Positions 1 to 13,000 of a DNA stretch of 64,000 nucleotides are shown one piece after another. How positions within the stretch are numbered: position 1 is the stretch's first letter; every line of letters starts with the position of its first letter. Position numbers and translations under genes: made by a program. The notes beneath the pieces are model-generated. The model searched no databases, was not told the DNA's origin, and saw only the letters and a program-made list of their open reading frames with translations. The stretch spans positions 126,310,897-126,374,896 of the forward strand of contig NC_085845.1 of NCBI RefSeq assembly GCF_035594765.1, given 5' to 3'. Origin of the DNA: Anolis carolinensis (Eukaryota).

Positions 1-202
1 ATATTGTTGTCCCCATGTCATTTTCTTTTCAATGCCAGGTTAAAATGTACCTATTTGTCCATGCATTCTAAATATTAGATGTTTCATTAGCTTGGTTTTG
101 TCTGCATTGCATATTTGTTGATTATGCTGTTTTCATATACAGTCATTCACAGATTCTGCATCCATGGATTCTGCCATCTGTGGCATGAATATATAAAATC
201 CA

Positions 203-468
203 AGAATCATAGAATAATAGAGTTGGAAGAGAATTCATGGGCCATCCAACCGCCTGCCAAGAAGCAGGAAATTGCATTCAAAGCACCCCCGACAGATGGC
301 CATCCAGACTCTGCTTAAAAGCCTCCAAATAAGGAGTCTGGGGGAGAGAGTTCCACTGCCGAACAGCTCTCACAGTCAGGAAGTTCTTCCTGATGTTCAG
401 GTGGAATCTCCTTTCCTGTAGTTTAAAGCCATTGGTCCGCGTCCTAGTCTCCAGGGCAGCAGAAAAGA
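203..468 (-). mobile_element. CR1 LINE 3' end fragment
   Basis: ORF 278..487 carries the CR1 ORF2 C-terminus (RTRTNGFKLQERRFHLNIRKNFLTVRAVRQWNSLP); ATTCTATG-like tail. Confidence 0.9.
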
Positions 469-1574
469 AGTAAACCTTGTGAACCATCTTTGTTATTTAT
501 TTTATTTATTTTTATTTATTACATCATTTCTACCCTCCCTTCTCACCCATCAGGGGACTCAGGGCAGCTTACAATATAAAAACATACATAAAAACAAATT
601 ACATCATAATTAAAAATCAATTTAAATAAAAAAATTACATTAAAATCAAGAACCTATATTAAAAACATGCATAATTATGCATAATTGAATGAAGCCAACT
701 TCATCAACTATACTTTGGAATTGACCTGTTTCTGTTGACTGCAGTTGAGATTAACCACAGTTCATTTAGCACTGGATGATACAGCAAGCTGTGGTTAATT
801 CAAAATAAAAGGATAGGAATCCAAATTGCAATGCTTCTTTGTGTCTGCACTAGAAGGGGATAGACCAGTAGGCATTCTTGCATAATATTTTTCCCCATAA
901 TACTTTCTCATAATTTTACAGGTCCTAATATACGTATTTCCTCAGTTATAATGAGAAAATATGTATATTCTCTAATCACACATTTACCTACAAGTTATGA
1001 CTGGAAATAATGTTGGAAAAGGTGGCAAATGCTTACTCATTTGCAAAATAAAGTCTCCCCATGAAGCTGAACCAGTTTGACAGCATGTGACTTAAGGTTT
1101 GATCAGTCAGCTCAGCACCAATTATACAACACACTTAATTTAAAACACTATTTTGGAAAGAGACTATAAAGAGATTTGCCATAATTAACATGGACTAAGT
1201 CACGCTGCATCAGCCTTATGTTTACATACAAAAATAGTGGTTAGCTATATAACCAGCTGATGGCATTAAACTTGCCAGTAGCCTAATTATTTAACTTGGC
1301 TTCTTACAAGCGATTTCATTCTCCGTGTTCTTCTTTGGTAACTGTAGATTGAACCTTATGGGATCAACTCCAACAGTTTGTTGAATGCTAATTAGCTTAT
1401 CATCCTCTGTTCCACTTGAGAAAGAATCCATAGGTATGCAAAAGTGTATAAGGAGAAGACTGCTTTGGTGGCTGACATAAAAATGGCCACATAGTTTCAT
1501 CTTTGAGGTGTACTATGGAAACATTGTACTTATTCTTTACTTACTTGCTGCAAGACTAGATTAAGATTGTTAGT

Positions 1575-2512
1575 GCCCGGTTCTGTTCAACATCTTTATT
1601 AACGACTTAGACAAAGGGTTAGAAGGCATGACCCATCAAGTTTGCAGATGACACCAAACTAGGACGGATAGCTAACACTCCAGAAGACAGGAGCAGAATT
1701 CAAAACAATCTTAACAGACTAGAGAGATGGGCTGAAACTAACAAAATGAAGTTCAACAGGGACAAATGCAAGATACTCCACTTCGGCAGAAAAAATGGAA
1801 TGCAAAGATACAGAATGGGGGATGCCTGGCTCAACAGCAGTACGTGTGAAAAAGATCTTGGCGTCCTCATGGACAACAAGTTAAACAGAAGCCAACAATG
1901 TGATGCGACTGCTAAAAAAGCCAACAGGATTCTGGCATGCAGAAATAGGGGTATAGCATCTAGATCCAGGGAAGTCATGCTACCCCTCTATTCTGCCTTG
2001 GTCAGACCACACCTAGAATACCGTGTTCAATTCTGGGCACCACAATTGAAGGGAGATGTTGACAAGCTGGAAAGCGTCCAGAGGAGGGTGACTGAAATGA
2101 TCAAGGGTCTGGAGAACAAGCCCTATGAGGAGCGGCTTAAAGAACTGGGTATGTTTAGCCTGCAGAAGAGAAGCCTGAGAGGAGACATGATAGCCATGTA
2201 TAAATATGTGAGGGGAAGTCATAGGGAGGAGGGAGCAAGCTTGTTTTCTGCTGCCCTGCAGACTAGGACGCGGAACAACGGCTTCAAACTACAGGAAAGG
2301 AGATTCCACCTGAACATCAGGAAGAACTTCCTGACTGTGAGAGCTGTTCGGCAGTGGAACTCTCTCCCCCGGACTGTGGTGGAGGCTCCTTCTTTGGAGG
2401 CTTTTAAGCAGAGTCTGGATGGCCATCTGTCGGGGGTGCTTTGAATGTGATTTCCTGCTTCTTGGCAGGGGGTTGGACTGGATGGCCCATGAGGTCTCTT
2501 CCAACTCTACTA
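1575..2512 (+). mobile_element. CR1 LINE, 5'-truncated (RT C-terminal half + 3'UTR)
   Basis: FADDTKL motif at ~1641; ORF 1746..2444 KFNRDKCKILHFG...LYSALVRPHLEY; CR1 3'UTR. Confidence 0.95.
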
Positions 2513-3311
2513 ACACCCCATATCTCTCTAATTCAAAATATAAACAATTATAAATCATAAAATAACATTTTATTTTTCAAAATGAAACAAACCATATGGA
2601 TAAGTGGAAAATAATTTTCATTTTTGAATGTTTCCACTATTTATATTTGAAAAGTTTGTCCTCCTTTTTCTAATTACAAACTTTTTTTATTGTGGGAGCC
2701 CCTTTTTGTGGTTCAGCTGCACCATTGGCAGTTTTGCACCATAAGGTCTATGGTAAATCTGGCAATGGAAAATTTTTGTGCCTTCTTCCCTTTAGGCTGT
2801 CATCATTTACTTAATGGCTAATTCAGCCCAGATTTTTTATTTGCATCAAAATGTAAAAAATCACCTCAATCAAGTGTTTTTAGTCACCTCAGTGCTAACA
2901 CACAGTCATTTTTTCTGCCACTGTCAGTAGTTTTCTCTTTTCCTTAATTCATGGAGAAGAGCATGAGGAAGACCATGTGAAAGTTACCTAGCTTCATCAG
3001 AATAGAATCAGATAATGTCTATACTTATATTTCTCTTCTGCCATTTCTGCTCATATCTTCAACTTTTAAAAAAGTAATCAGGAATATTTTCATTTAAATA
3101 TACATTTCTTAATTACTTTCCTATCCGATGATATGTTTTGTTGTTTCTGAGTCAAGAACTTTGTGTTCTAAAATCTGAGGAAGTATAAACATCTTTTGGA
3201 TAGCAAAAATCTCATGCATTCCACTCATTAACTGTGTGGTATGATTCTAGGTCGGGTCAGTTTACACTCATATTTGGAAAGACTGAATTCCTGAGGCATC
3301 TCTAAGCTCTA

Positions 3312-3719
3312 CCGTGTTTCCCTGAACATATGACAGTGTCTTATATTAATTTTTGCTCCCAAAGATGTGCTAGGTCTTATTTTCAGGGGATGTCTTATTT
3401 TTCCATGAAGAAGAATTCATATTTATTGTTGAACAAAAAAATGAACATTTATTATATACTGTACAGTAGTTGTCATCACAAACCAGCATAACCAGGCAAA
3501 CTGTGAATCCTATCAAGAATTTCTTGTTACTACCATTATTTCCATGTACAACTGGTATGTACATTTACCAATTCTGCATGCTCTGGTGTTCACCGGACAT
3601 GCTTTCAAACAAAAACTTTGCTAGGTCTTACTTTTGGGGGAGGCCTTATATTTAGTAAGTTGTCAAAACCTCTACGAGGTCTTATTTTCCGGGGATGTCT
3701 TTTTTTCAGGGAAACAGGG
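3312..3719. mobile_element. Tc1/mariner (Tc2/pogo-like) MITE
   Basis: TIRs CCGTGTTTCCCTGAA / TTCAGGGAAACAGGG, TA flanks. Confidence 0.8.
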
Positions 3720-4705
3720 TAGTAGATTGGGCTAGCTTCTCATTTAGTTTCAACAGTGAGATGTTTCTGGGCAACTCATAAACTGTTTGTCCCCTGACAT
3801 CTGGCATTGTAGAATATGTTATCTGGATCACACAATGAGCAAACAGCTATATTGGCCATGAAACAAAATACAAACTGGGGAATACTTTTATTAGTCAAGA
3901 AGAAACAGGTATGTGTGCAGATGGATTCATCAAATGAGATGTTGCAAAAATGTCCAAGCAAAAAGTAGAATGAGAAAAGATAAAAAAGTCAAGAAATTAA
4001 TGCAGTTATTTAGTAGCAGGAGTTAGAGCAGAGATTTTAAACCACTTGGATTTATAGCTCAGACAATTAAAGAAACAGTGTGAGAAGCAAGACCCACTAC
4101 ATGCGTTCTAGATCCTTGCCCTTCTTGGCTTATCAAACAGTCTGGGGTGGGTGGGGGTGGGGTGGGGGGTAGTTGACTGTGTGAACTACTGCTTCCATTA
4201 GTCAAGGCATATTCCCATCTGGCTTAAAAATGGCAGTGGTGAAACCACTACTCAAGAAACCATCACTAGACCTCATGGAAATGGGTAACTATCGCCCAGT
4301 CTCTAATCTCCCCTTTTTGAGCAAGGTTCTGGAGTGAGTGGTAGCCTCACAACTCCAGGGATTTCTGGATGACATGGATTATCTGGATCCATTTCAGTCT
4401 GGTTTCAGGTCCGGCCATGGAATGGAGACAGCTTTGGTTGCCTTGGTAGAACTTGACAGGGGGAGTATGTCCCTGTTGGTTCTCTTGAACGTCTCTGCGG
4501 CCTTCAATACCATCCACCATGGTATCCTTCTGAGTCACCTGGCTGGGATGAGACACAGGGGCATTGTTTTTCAGTAGCACCATTCCTTCCTGGAAGGTCG
4601 TACCCAGATGGTGGTGTTGGGGGATGCCTGCTTGGCCTCACGACTGTTGTCTTATGGGGTACCGCAGGGTTCAATTCTGATCCTCATTTTGTTTAACGTC
4701 TACAT

Positions 4706-5721
4706 CAGGGGTCCTCAAACTTTTAAAGCAGAGGGCCGGTCCACAATCCTTCAGACTGTTGAGGGGCCGAATTATCACTTGGAAAAAAATTTAAAAAACG
4801 AACAAATTCCTATGCACACTGCACATATCTTATTTGTAGTGCAAAACAACAATAACAATGAAAGACCAATACAATATTTAAAAATAAAAATAATTTTAAC
4901 CAACATAAACTTATCAGGATTTCAATAGGAAGTGTGGGCCTGCTTCTGGCTAATGAGATAGTCAGATTAATTAGGATTGTTGTTGTGTGTCTTCAAGTCA
5001 TTTCAGACTTTGGGCAAGCCTAAGTCCAAAATTATTTATTTATTCATTTACTACATTTATTTACCACATTTATATCCCACCCTTCTCACCCCGAAGGGAA
5101 CTCAGAGCAGCTGTATGTACATACAATATATTATATTATTAGCATAGCACAATATTAGCATTATATATTACTATATTGAACTATACCACTATACTGTAAT
5201 ATTATATGTAATATATAACATATAATTAATATTATTACAGTAGAGTCTCACTTATCCAACATAAACGGGCCGGCAGAACATTGGATAAGCGAATATCTTG
5301 TATAATAAGGAGGGATTAAGGAAAAGCCTATTAAACATCAAATTAGGTTATGATTTTACAAATTAAGCACCAGAATATGTTATACAACAAATTTGACAAA
5401 AAAGTAGTTCAATATGCAGTAATGCTATGTAGTAATTACTGTACATACGAATTTAGCACCAAAATATCACGATGTATTGAAAACATTGACTACAAAAATG
5501 TGTTGGATAATCCAGAACGTTGGATAAGTGAGACTCTACTGTATATGGTATTATTATTAGTATTATATTGTATAAAATGATAATATTATCAATATCATAT
5601 GTATATACAATATATTATTAAAACTGATATAAAAATATTATATTATAAATGAGAGTGGGGGCCAGGTAAATGACCTTGGAGGGCCGCATCCGGCCCCCGG
5701 GCCTTAGTTTGGGGACCCCTG
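4706..5721. mobile_element. Non-autonomous hAT element
   Basis: TIRs CAGGGGTCCTCAAAC / GTTTGGGGACCCCTG; perfect 8-bp TSD GTCTACAT. Confidence 0.92.
5238..5541. mobile_element. Tigger/pogo-like MITE (CAGTAGAGTCTCACTTATCCAA family) nested in hAT
   Basis: TIRs, TA TSD. Confidence 0.9.
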
Positions 5722-6859
5722 GTCTACATGAAGCTGCTGGGAGAGATCATCCAGAGTTTTGGAGTTTGGTGCCATCTGTACACAGACGACACCCAACTCT
5801 ACTAATTTCCACCAAAAGGCAAGGAAGCAGCCCAGACCATGAACCGGTGCCTGTCAACTGTTGTGGACTGGATGAGGACTAACAAATTGAAATTGAATCC
5901 AGACAAGAAGGAGGTCCTCCTGGTCAGTTGTAAGGCAGATCAGGGTATAGGGTTGCCACTTGTGCTGGATGGAATCACGCTCCCCCTGAAGACACAGGTC
6001 TGCAGTCCTCCTGGACTCATCGCTGACCCTGGGGGCCCAGGTGTCGGTTGTGGCCAGGAGGGCCTTCGCACAATAAAAACTTGTGCGCCAGCTGCGACCG
6101 TACCTTGAGAAGCCGGACTTGTCCATGGTGGTCCATGCCTTGGTTACATCCCATTTAGACTACTGTAACGGGCTCTATGTTGGGCTGCCCTTGAAGAGTG
6201 TCTGGAAACTTCAGTTAGTTCAAAGATCTCCAGCCAGGTTATTAACAGGTGCGGGCCCTAGGGAGCATAATACCCCCCTGCTAAAGCACCTGCACTGGCT
6301 GCCAATTCTTTTCTGGGCCCGATCCAAGGTTCTGGTTTTGACTTTTAAAGTCCTAAACGGTTCAAGTTCTACTTACCTGTCTGACTGTATCTCCTCATAC
6401 TAATCTGTTCGAACGTTAAGATCTTCTGGCGAGGCCCTCCTCTCTTTGTCGCCACCATCACAAATGTGATTGACGGCGATGAGAGAGAGGACATTCTCAG
6501 TGGCTGCTCCAACTCTTTGGAACTCCCTCCCCAGGGAGGTTAAAACAGCCCCGTCCCTGACATCTTTTAAAAAACAGCTAAAGACCTTCCTGTTCGCGCA
6601 AGCTTTTGATGAAGTCACTTAGCTTTAATGACAGGAAGGCTAACTTTTATTGAGTTGCGCTAAGATCCCCATCTATCTTGTTGAGTCTCTTGCAATAACT
6701 GTATTAGTCTAATGTTTTTAAATGTGTTTATTTATTTTTATTGGAAATTTGTTTTTATAAGCTATTGTTCTACATATATATTGTTTTGTACTGTCTTTCT
6801 TATAATGTTGTGAGCCGCTTTGGGTTCCATTTAGGGAGAAAAGCGCAATATAAATAAAG

Positions 6860-6861
<2 letters not shown>

Positions 6862-6937
<76 letters not shown>
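6862..6937. repeat. (TTA)n-(TAA)n compound microsatellite
   Basis: Directly visible. Confidence 0.95.
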
Positions 6938-6939
<2 letters not shown>

Positions 6940-8836
6940 TGTTCTTTAATATTACCTAATATGGATTTTGGCTTATCTCTGGATGTAAGTTTCTAATTTT
7001 TATTGAGTCAGAAATTAAATAATTATGAAATGCTTTTACAAGTCTCAGTTCTGTCTGGATGTTGCTTCGAAGAAATAGTTAATTGGTCATTCTGAATGTT
7101 GTTGGAATCTAAAATGTTATGCTTAATTACTCAAAAGAAACATATTGTGAACCGCATATCTCATAAGCCAGGTGACATATATCTAAGATGCATTGCTAAG
7201 AGAAATTTCTTGCTGCCATAAATATGCTAACCTTTTTGTTACCAGAAACAGAATGCTTCTGACATTATAGGCATTCACTCTGCTTACTAATAATGCTTAT
7301 TCTTATTTAATGAACTATAGTGCATGTATTGAGTTAGTAGGGTGTGCTCAATTTCTGAAAGGTTTCCTTGTTCTTTATTTTCATTTTTATGACCTTTAAG
7401 AAATAATTGTTTGCAGAGTCACTAGGGTTATAAAAGTGTCAGACAGAAATACGGAATACCTTTGATTCAACCAAGGGTTTGATGCACTAGGTAATTATTC
7501 TGATGACTTGTTGGCATCAAAAGCTTTCCTTATTGTTCTGTGAAGGGAGATAGAAGTCTGTAGAGGGGGGGAAAGAACATCAGGTAGTTTTTATGCATAT
7601 TGTTTATTATTACTATACCTGTTCAGCAAGTCTTCTTGCTCTGTCCCAGTTCCTTGTGTGGATATAATAATCCTGAACCTACATACTCATATGATCTTTA
7701 TGGCTGGCACCATGCCAAATCTCCTTGCTTTAGAGTCAAATCTTACTTGAAATGCACATGTCATGCATTCAGAAGATTGATTGAAATTAGATTATTTGTG
7801 CAGCCTAATGCTGCACAAATAATTTTGAGACACTTACATAAAAAAACTTGTATTTTGTATGAGAAAATAAACAGTCTGAAGGTAAGTAATGCCCCTTAAT
7901 GTCTGTTCTTTGGAGGTAGATGAATCATATTCCTCTCTGTTCATAAAATTTCTTGCCAGCCACTAAATAGTTCATCGATTGGGAAGTACTATTTTACAGA
8001 CTTAGGAAGTGGCTTTTGTTCTCAATAGTGTTACTTCATGTCCAAGAGAAAGGGATGAACTTCTACAGGACTTGCAGACCAGATTCACATGTCAGTGGTA
8101 AATGTAATGTTAAAATCATGAAATGTCTTCAGGCTCACTTTTGAAATGCAGAAATGTATATCTCACCGAATTCCTTCAATGCTGACCATCCCTACCATGC
8201 TGAATTTCACCTCTCGACCAGTTTTTAAAACTGTTTCTGCTTGTGCAGGCCAGTGTTCGAAAATGGAATGTAGTTAAATGTATAACATTAACTGTACCTT
8301 TTTGAATGTAGTTAGCATACCCATTAGAAAAACTACTTACCCACAGCACACAGACTTCGCTCTACCATGGCGTGCTACTAAAGCAGTTTACCAGAAGGAT
8401 TAAATGTGAGAGAAGTTCTTCTGTGTTCACACCATATGTCTTAGCTGGTTCTATTAGAAATGGAAGCAGGGACCGTTCTTACTAAAGCATATTTCTGATG
8501 ATGGACATCTGTAGTATTGGTTTTTCTTCACCTTGTGTCATGATATGAGCTAGGCTTTCTGATCTTCCCAATAGCTTGGATAAAATATTCAGACATTAAT
8601 ACTTCTTTTTGAAGTCATTATCTCAAGTTGATTTAAAATGGGTTTATACTATCAGCTCAGATATCAGAGCACACAATTATTAATAATAAAGTAAGAACTG
8701 AAGTAAGGAACTCACATAGAACAGGTAGGAAAGAGAGTATGACAATATAGCTTTAAAAATTAAGTAATAAAACTTGGAAGCTATAAAACTTAATAAAAGT
8801 GATAAATAGAAAAAAATGCTTGCCAATATTAAAGTA

Positions 8837-9273
8837 CAGTAGAGTCTCACTTATCCAACATAAATGGGCCGGCAGAACGTTGGATAAATGAAAATGTTGG
8901 ATAATAAGGAGGGATTAAGGAAAAGCCTGTTAAATGTCAAATTACGTTATGATTTTAAAATGAAGCACCAAAACATCATGTTTTACCACAAATCGACAGA
9001 AAAATCAGTTCAGGGCACTGTAATGTTATGTAGTAATTACTGTATTTATGAATTTAGCTTCAAAACATTGCAATGTATTGAAAACATTGACTATAAAAAC
9101 ATTGGCTACTAACAAATTTATTACAAATAAAGACAGAATTGCATAAAATGGACTTGCAGTAACAACATTGTCGGAAGTTAAATCCATAAAAAGATCAGTC
9201 CTTGCTGCCTAGAGAAACAGCTGTGGATCCGGGCGGGAGGCAGATTGCGTTGGATAATCCAGAATGTTGGATA
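8837..9273. mobile_element. Tigger/pogo-like MITE, longer variant with truncated right TIR
   Basis: Same CAGTAGAGTCTCAC left TIR. Confidence 0.85.
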
Positions 9274-9892
9274 CTAGGTATTTGAACATTCCTCCCAATC
9301 TAATACTTTCTACTCTTACTGGCAGAAGCTCTCTAGGGCTTCAGGTTTAGGACTTCTGTGTTAATGTGAATTTAAAAGGGGGAGGGGTTGGGGTTGGAGA
9401 TGTGTTGATCATAGGCATAGAGAGTATATGCTTTGTCCCTGCTGTTGTCTTGAGTTTCAGGGAATCACCTGCAGCAACTCGGATGTAATTTGTCATTTGG
9501 ATGTAATTTCAGTTTTGTTTTGTCATAATATGACTTAATGAGCAGAAGATAGGCATGGCTTTATTGATTATTGAGCATAACATATTTGGGAATAGCAACT
9601 TATTTATGAGTCCTCTGGATTTTCCTAAATTGATGGGGAAGTCAAATAATACCGTTTTGTATCCATAGGGCTGTAATGGCTTAGGCAGAATTGCCTGATG
9701 TCAGGGATGTACTATTGACTTGAAAGTTAAAACACTGGTTTACTAGAGTCCAGAATGAGCCTCTCTTCAAATATGGGAACCATCCATTTATCTGTTTATT
9801 ACTCCTCTGCAGTTCCTCTTCCCAGTCTGGGTGATTTAAATTGTCAAAATGCGTAAAATCTTTTTTTTCTCTCCATTTCCCCTTCTTAACAG

Positions 9893-10013
9893 AGGAGGAG
9901 CTGAGGAAGCTGAGAGAAGAAACCAATGCTGAAACATTGAAACAGGAGCTAGAAAAAGAACGCCTCAGGAGGATAGAACTGGAACAAAAAGTCAATGAAA
10001 TACTTAAAACAAG
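9893..10013 (+). CDS. GRAMD4: GRAMD4 coding exon (121 bp; EELRKLREETNAETLKQELEKERLRRIELEQKVNEILKT, coiled coil)
   Basis: Polypyrimidine tract + cag acceptor; AG|gtaaga donor. Confidence 0.95.
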
Positions 10014-13000
10014 GTAAGAAAATTTTTATGAAATGTACTGTAACTGGATTTGGAAGGTAGCAGTCTGTTCTTTAGATGGCGACAGCAAGTTAACAATGGG
10101 CAAACAATATTCACTTCATTTTGTCATTTGATGGAGTAATGAGAAATGAACAATTGGAGATTTTATAGGGATTTTGAAGTGGTAATTTTTTATATACACT
10201 TGAATTCTAAATGGCTCAGGGAGCTTATAGAATTCTTAGTACAGTAGAGTTTCACTTGTCCAACATAAACGGGCCGGCAGAACGTTGGATAAGTGAATAT
10301 GTTGGATAATAAGGAGAGATTAAGAAAAAGCCTATTAAACATCAAAATAGGTTATGATTTTACAAATTAAGCACCAAAACATCATGTTATACAACAAATT
10401 TGACAGAAAAAGTAGTTCATTACCCATTAATGCTATGTAGTAATTACTGTATTTACGAATTTAGCACCAAAATATCACAATGCATTGAAAACATTGACTA
10501 CAAAAATGCGTTGGATAATCCAGAACGTTGGATAAGCGAGTGTTGGATAAGTGAGACTCTACTGTATTACCTTCTGTCATACCTGGACATTCGTTGTGTT
10601 TGTTGGGGCTGATGAGAATTAGAACCTTGCAATATCTATAGCACATAAACACATCCATTAGCAAAAATTTATACTCGTGTCAATGGGAAATTTCTCCCTA
10701 ATTTTTTTTTGTGTTTATGTGTGGTTAAGTTCCTTTTGCACGAGTGATTGAAGAGATAAGCTTCTTCCCCCCTATGTACTGCATTCACAGTAAAGTCTGC
10801 ATATGCCCTCTCCTATGAAAGCCTAAAATGACTTCAAACAAAATCTGAGATGTAGGGTTAACACACTGTACATTAGATGTAACATGTACATCCTAGATCT
10901 AAAATGTGTGGTGTTTCTGGTGTCATACAATATTTGAGTCTTCTCCAGAACTATTTGATCCAAAATTACAGTATCTCAATTTTAGAAAGACTGAGCCTAA
11001 GAAAATAACTGGAGTCATATTCAAGAATGACACTATCCAAACTTGCAGAATAGATACAAATACTGTTTCTTTGCTTCTCACAACCGATTGACTTCAGCTC
11101 TTGATCCCTTCTGTTAATTGCACACAATGATGGGGAAAATAATAGAAACACGGAGTTGAAAGTGCATGGATTCAAAACACTCCCAACAGATGATTTAAAA
11201 AAAAAAACCAAAGAAAGAGACTCCACCACAGTCTGAGGCACCATATCGCCTTCCTAGACAGCTCTTTCTATCAGGAAGTTCTTCCAAATGTTTTGCTAGA
11301 ATCTCATTTCATGTAATTTGAATCCATTGCTCTGTGTCTTAGTTTCTGGAGCAGCAGAAAACAAGCTTGTTCCAGCTTCAATACAACATTCTTTCAGATA
11401 TTTAAACATATGGTTGTCATGTCATCTTTTAACCTCTTTTCCAGGTTAAACATAACCAGCTTCTTAAACAACTCTTCATAGTGCAAGGCTTCCAGGTCTT
11501 TTACAATTTTGGTTGCTTTCCTTCGGACACATTCCAGCTTGCCATTATCCTCCTTGAATTCTGGTGCCCAGAGCAAGATACGTTATTCCAGGGAGTGCAT
11601 CAGAACATATGCAAACACTGAATTTTGCTGAAACCTATGTATATAATACGGAGAAAAGATAACTCATGACTTTTAGCAAGGTAGTTCAACGATGAAACTC
11701 CTTTCTTGCTGCTTTGCACCTTCAGCTTTTAAGAACTCTTTCAGAATGCTTCATGTTTACATGTTTATATTTTTATGTTTAAAGCTCTTTGAACTTTAAA
11801 CTTCAAGTTTGCTTAATTTGTTGTATGTGAACTATTATACTGTTTCTGAAAGGTAGAATATAAATGCATTGAATAAATCAATAAAAATAAAATGCATTTC
11901 TTTCCTTACATATTTCTAAATCTCCTATCATATTAAAAAGAAATACTGAGCAGCAGTGTGGCATTTGTTTTATATATTTTTCTGTGAGGATGTTCTTATA
12001 CTGCCTTGCACTTAATGTAACATCTGCTGCAAGAGGCTCTATGCCAGTAGAACAAATGTCTAAATGTCGGAATAATTTAGAATGGTCTAATTGGTATAAA
12101 TTGCATTCTGTCTCCACTATAGCTGTGTATTAGTTTTATCACATAAGAAAACTATAATTAATTACTGCTAGCAATGCTGCCAGTTGTAAGTGAATCGTAT
12201 TGTTTTCATGACTGTTTTTGGGTTGATTGTGTGGATAGTTTGATATATCATATACAAGTCTTTTATCATTCCCATTTCCTACATCTCATGTTCATGGATG
12301 GTGAAATATTTATCTAATGGCATTTCTGTAGAGCAGGGGTGAGTAAAATGTAGTCCCTGAGGTTGTTTTTGCTTGTTCCAAGGATCTTTAGTTTCTAGAT
12401 TTGGGAAGTATAAATTATTTTGGCTTCAAAGTGAGTGATATGTCTCCTCCAGCATTATGGGCCATTTCAACATTTTTGAAGTGATCCACAGGCTCATATT
12501 TTAAAGGCCCAGATGTACTTCCTTTTGAACAAAAAATAACTGAATGGTGTCTGCCTGCCTTGACTCGTTGAAATTCATGGACTTTATGATAACCTCTTGC
12601 CTGTTTCAAATTGCATTTCCTGACCCATGTAACAGGACATGTCCTAAATGTGTACTTGGTTAGGAGAGCTGGTAGTTACTTCATTGTCATGGTCAGTTCA
12701 TTATCAGATTCGAATGGATCTTACAACAAAAATGAGCTTGACTTATATCTATGGCCTTCCCTCAGAGACAGTTAGAGGTGGATGTATCCTGAAGGTGTCT
12801 GGGGAGGGGTATTTTTTTGTAATTATTCCCATTTGTTCTGCGTAGAGGAGTAGTTTTTAACCTGTGGGTCTCCAGATGTTTTGGCCTTCAGCTCCCAGAA
12901 ATCCTAACAGCTGGTAAACTGTCTGGGATTTCTGGGAGTTGTAGGCCAAAACATCTGGGGATCCACAGGTTGAGAACCACTGGCCTAAACCCTGAACAGC

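Larger units (their letters stand above)
4085..6860 (+). mobile_element. L2 LINE 3' portion, interrupted by a nested hAT at 4706-5721
   Basis: Degenerate RT peptides LDPFQSGFRSGHGMETALV, GVPQGS, WMRTNKLKLNPDK, LDYCNGLYVGLP; ends in AATAAA + (TTA)n. Confidence 0.9.

Noticed and set aside
1746-2444. 232-aa ORF as a cellular gene
   Set aside because: CR1 ORF2 C-terminus with upstream frameshift and stop.
7600-7899. ORF with strong AAG|gtaagt donor at ~7882 as an extra GRAMD4 exon
   Set aside because: Phase 0 does not fit the phase-1 acceptor at 9893, and the compatible frame has a nearby stop. A non-coding exon cannot be excluded.
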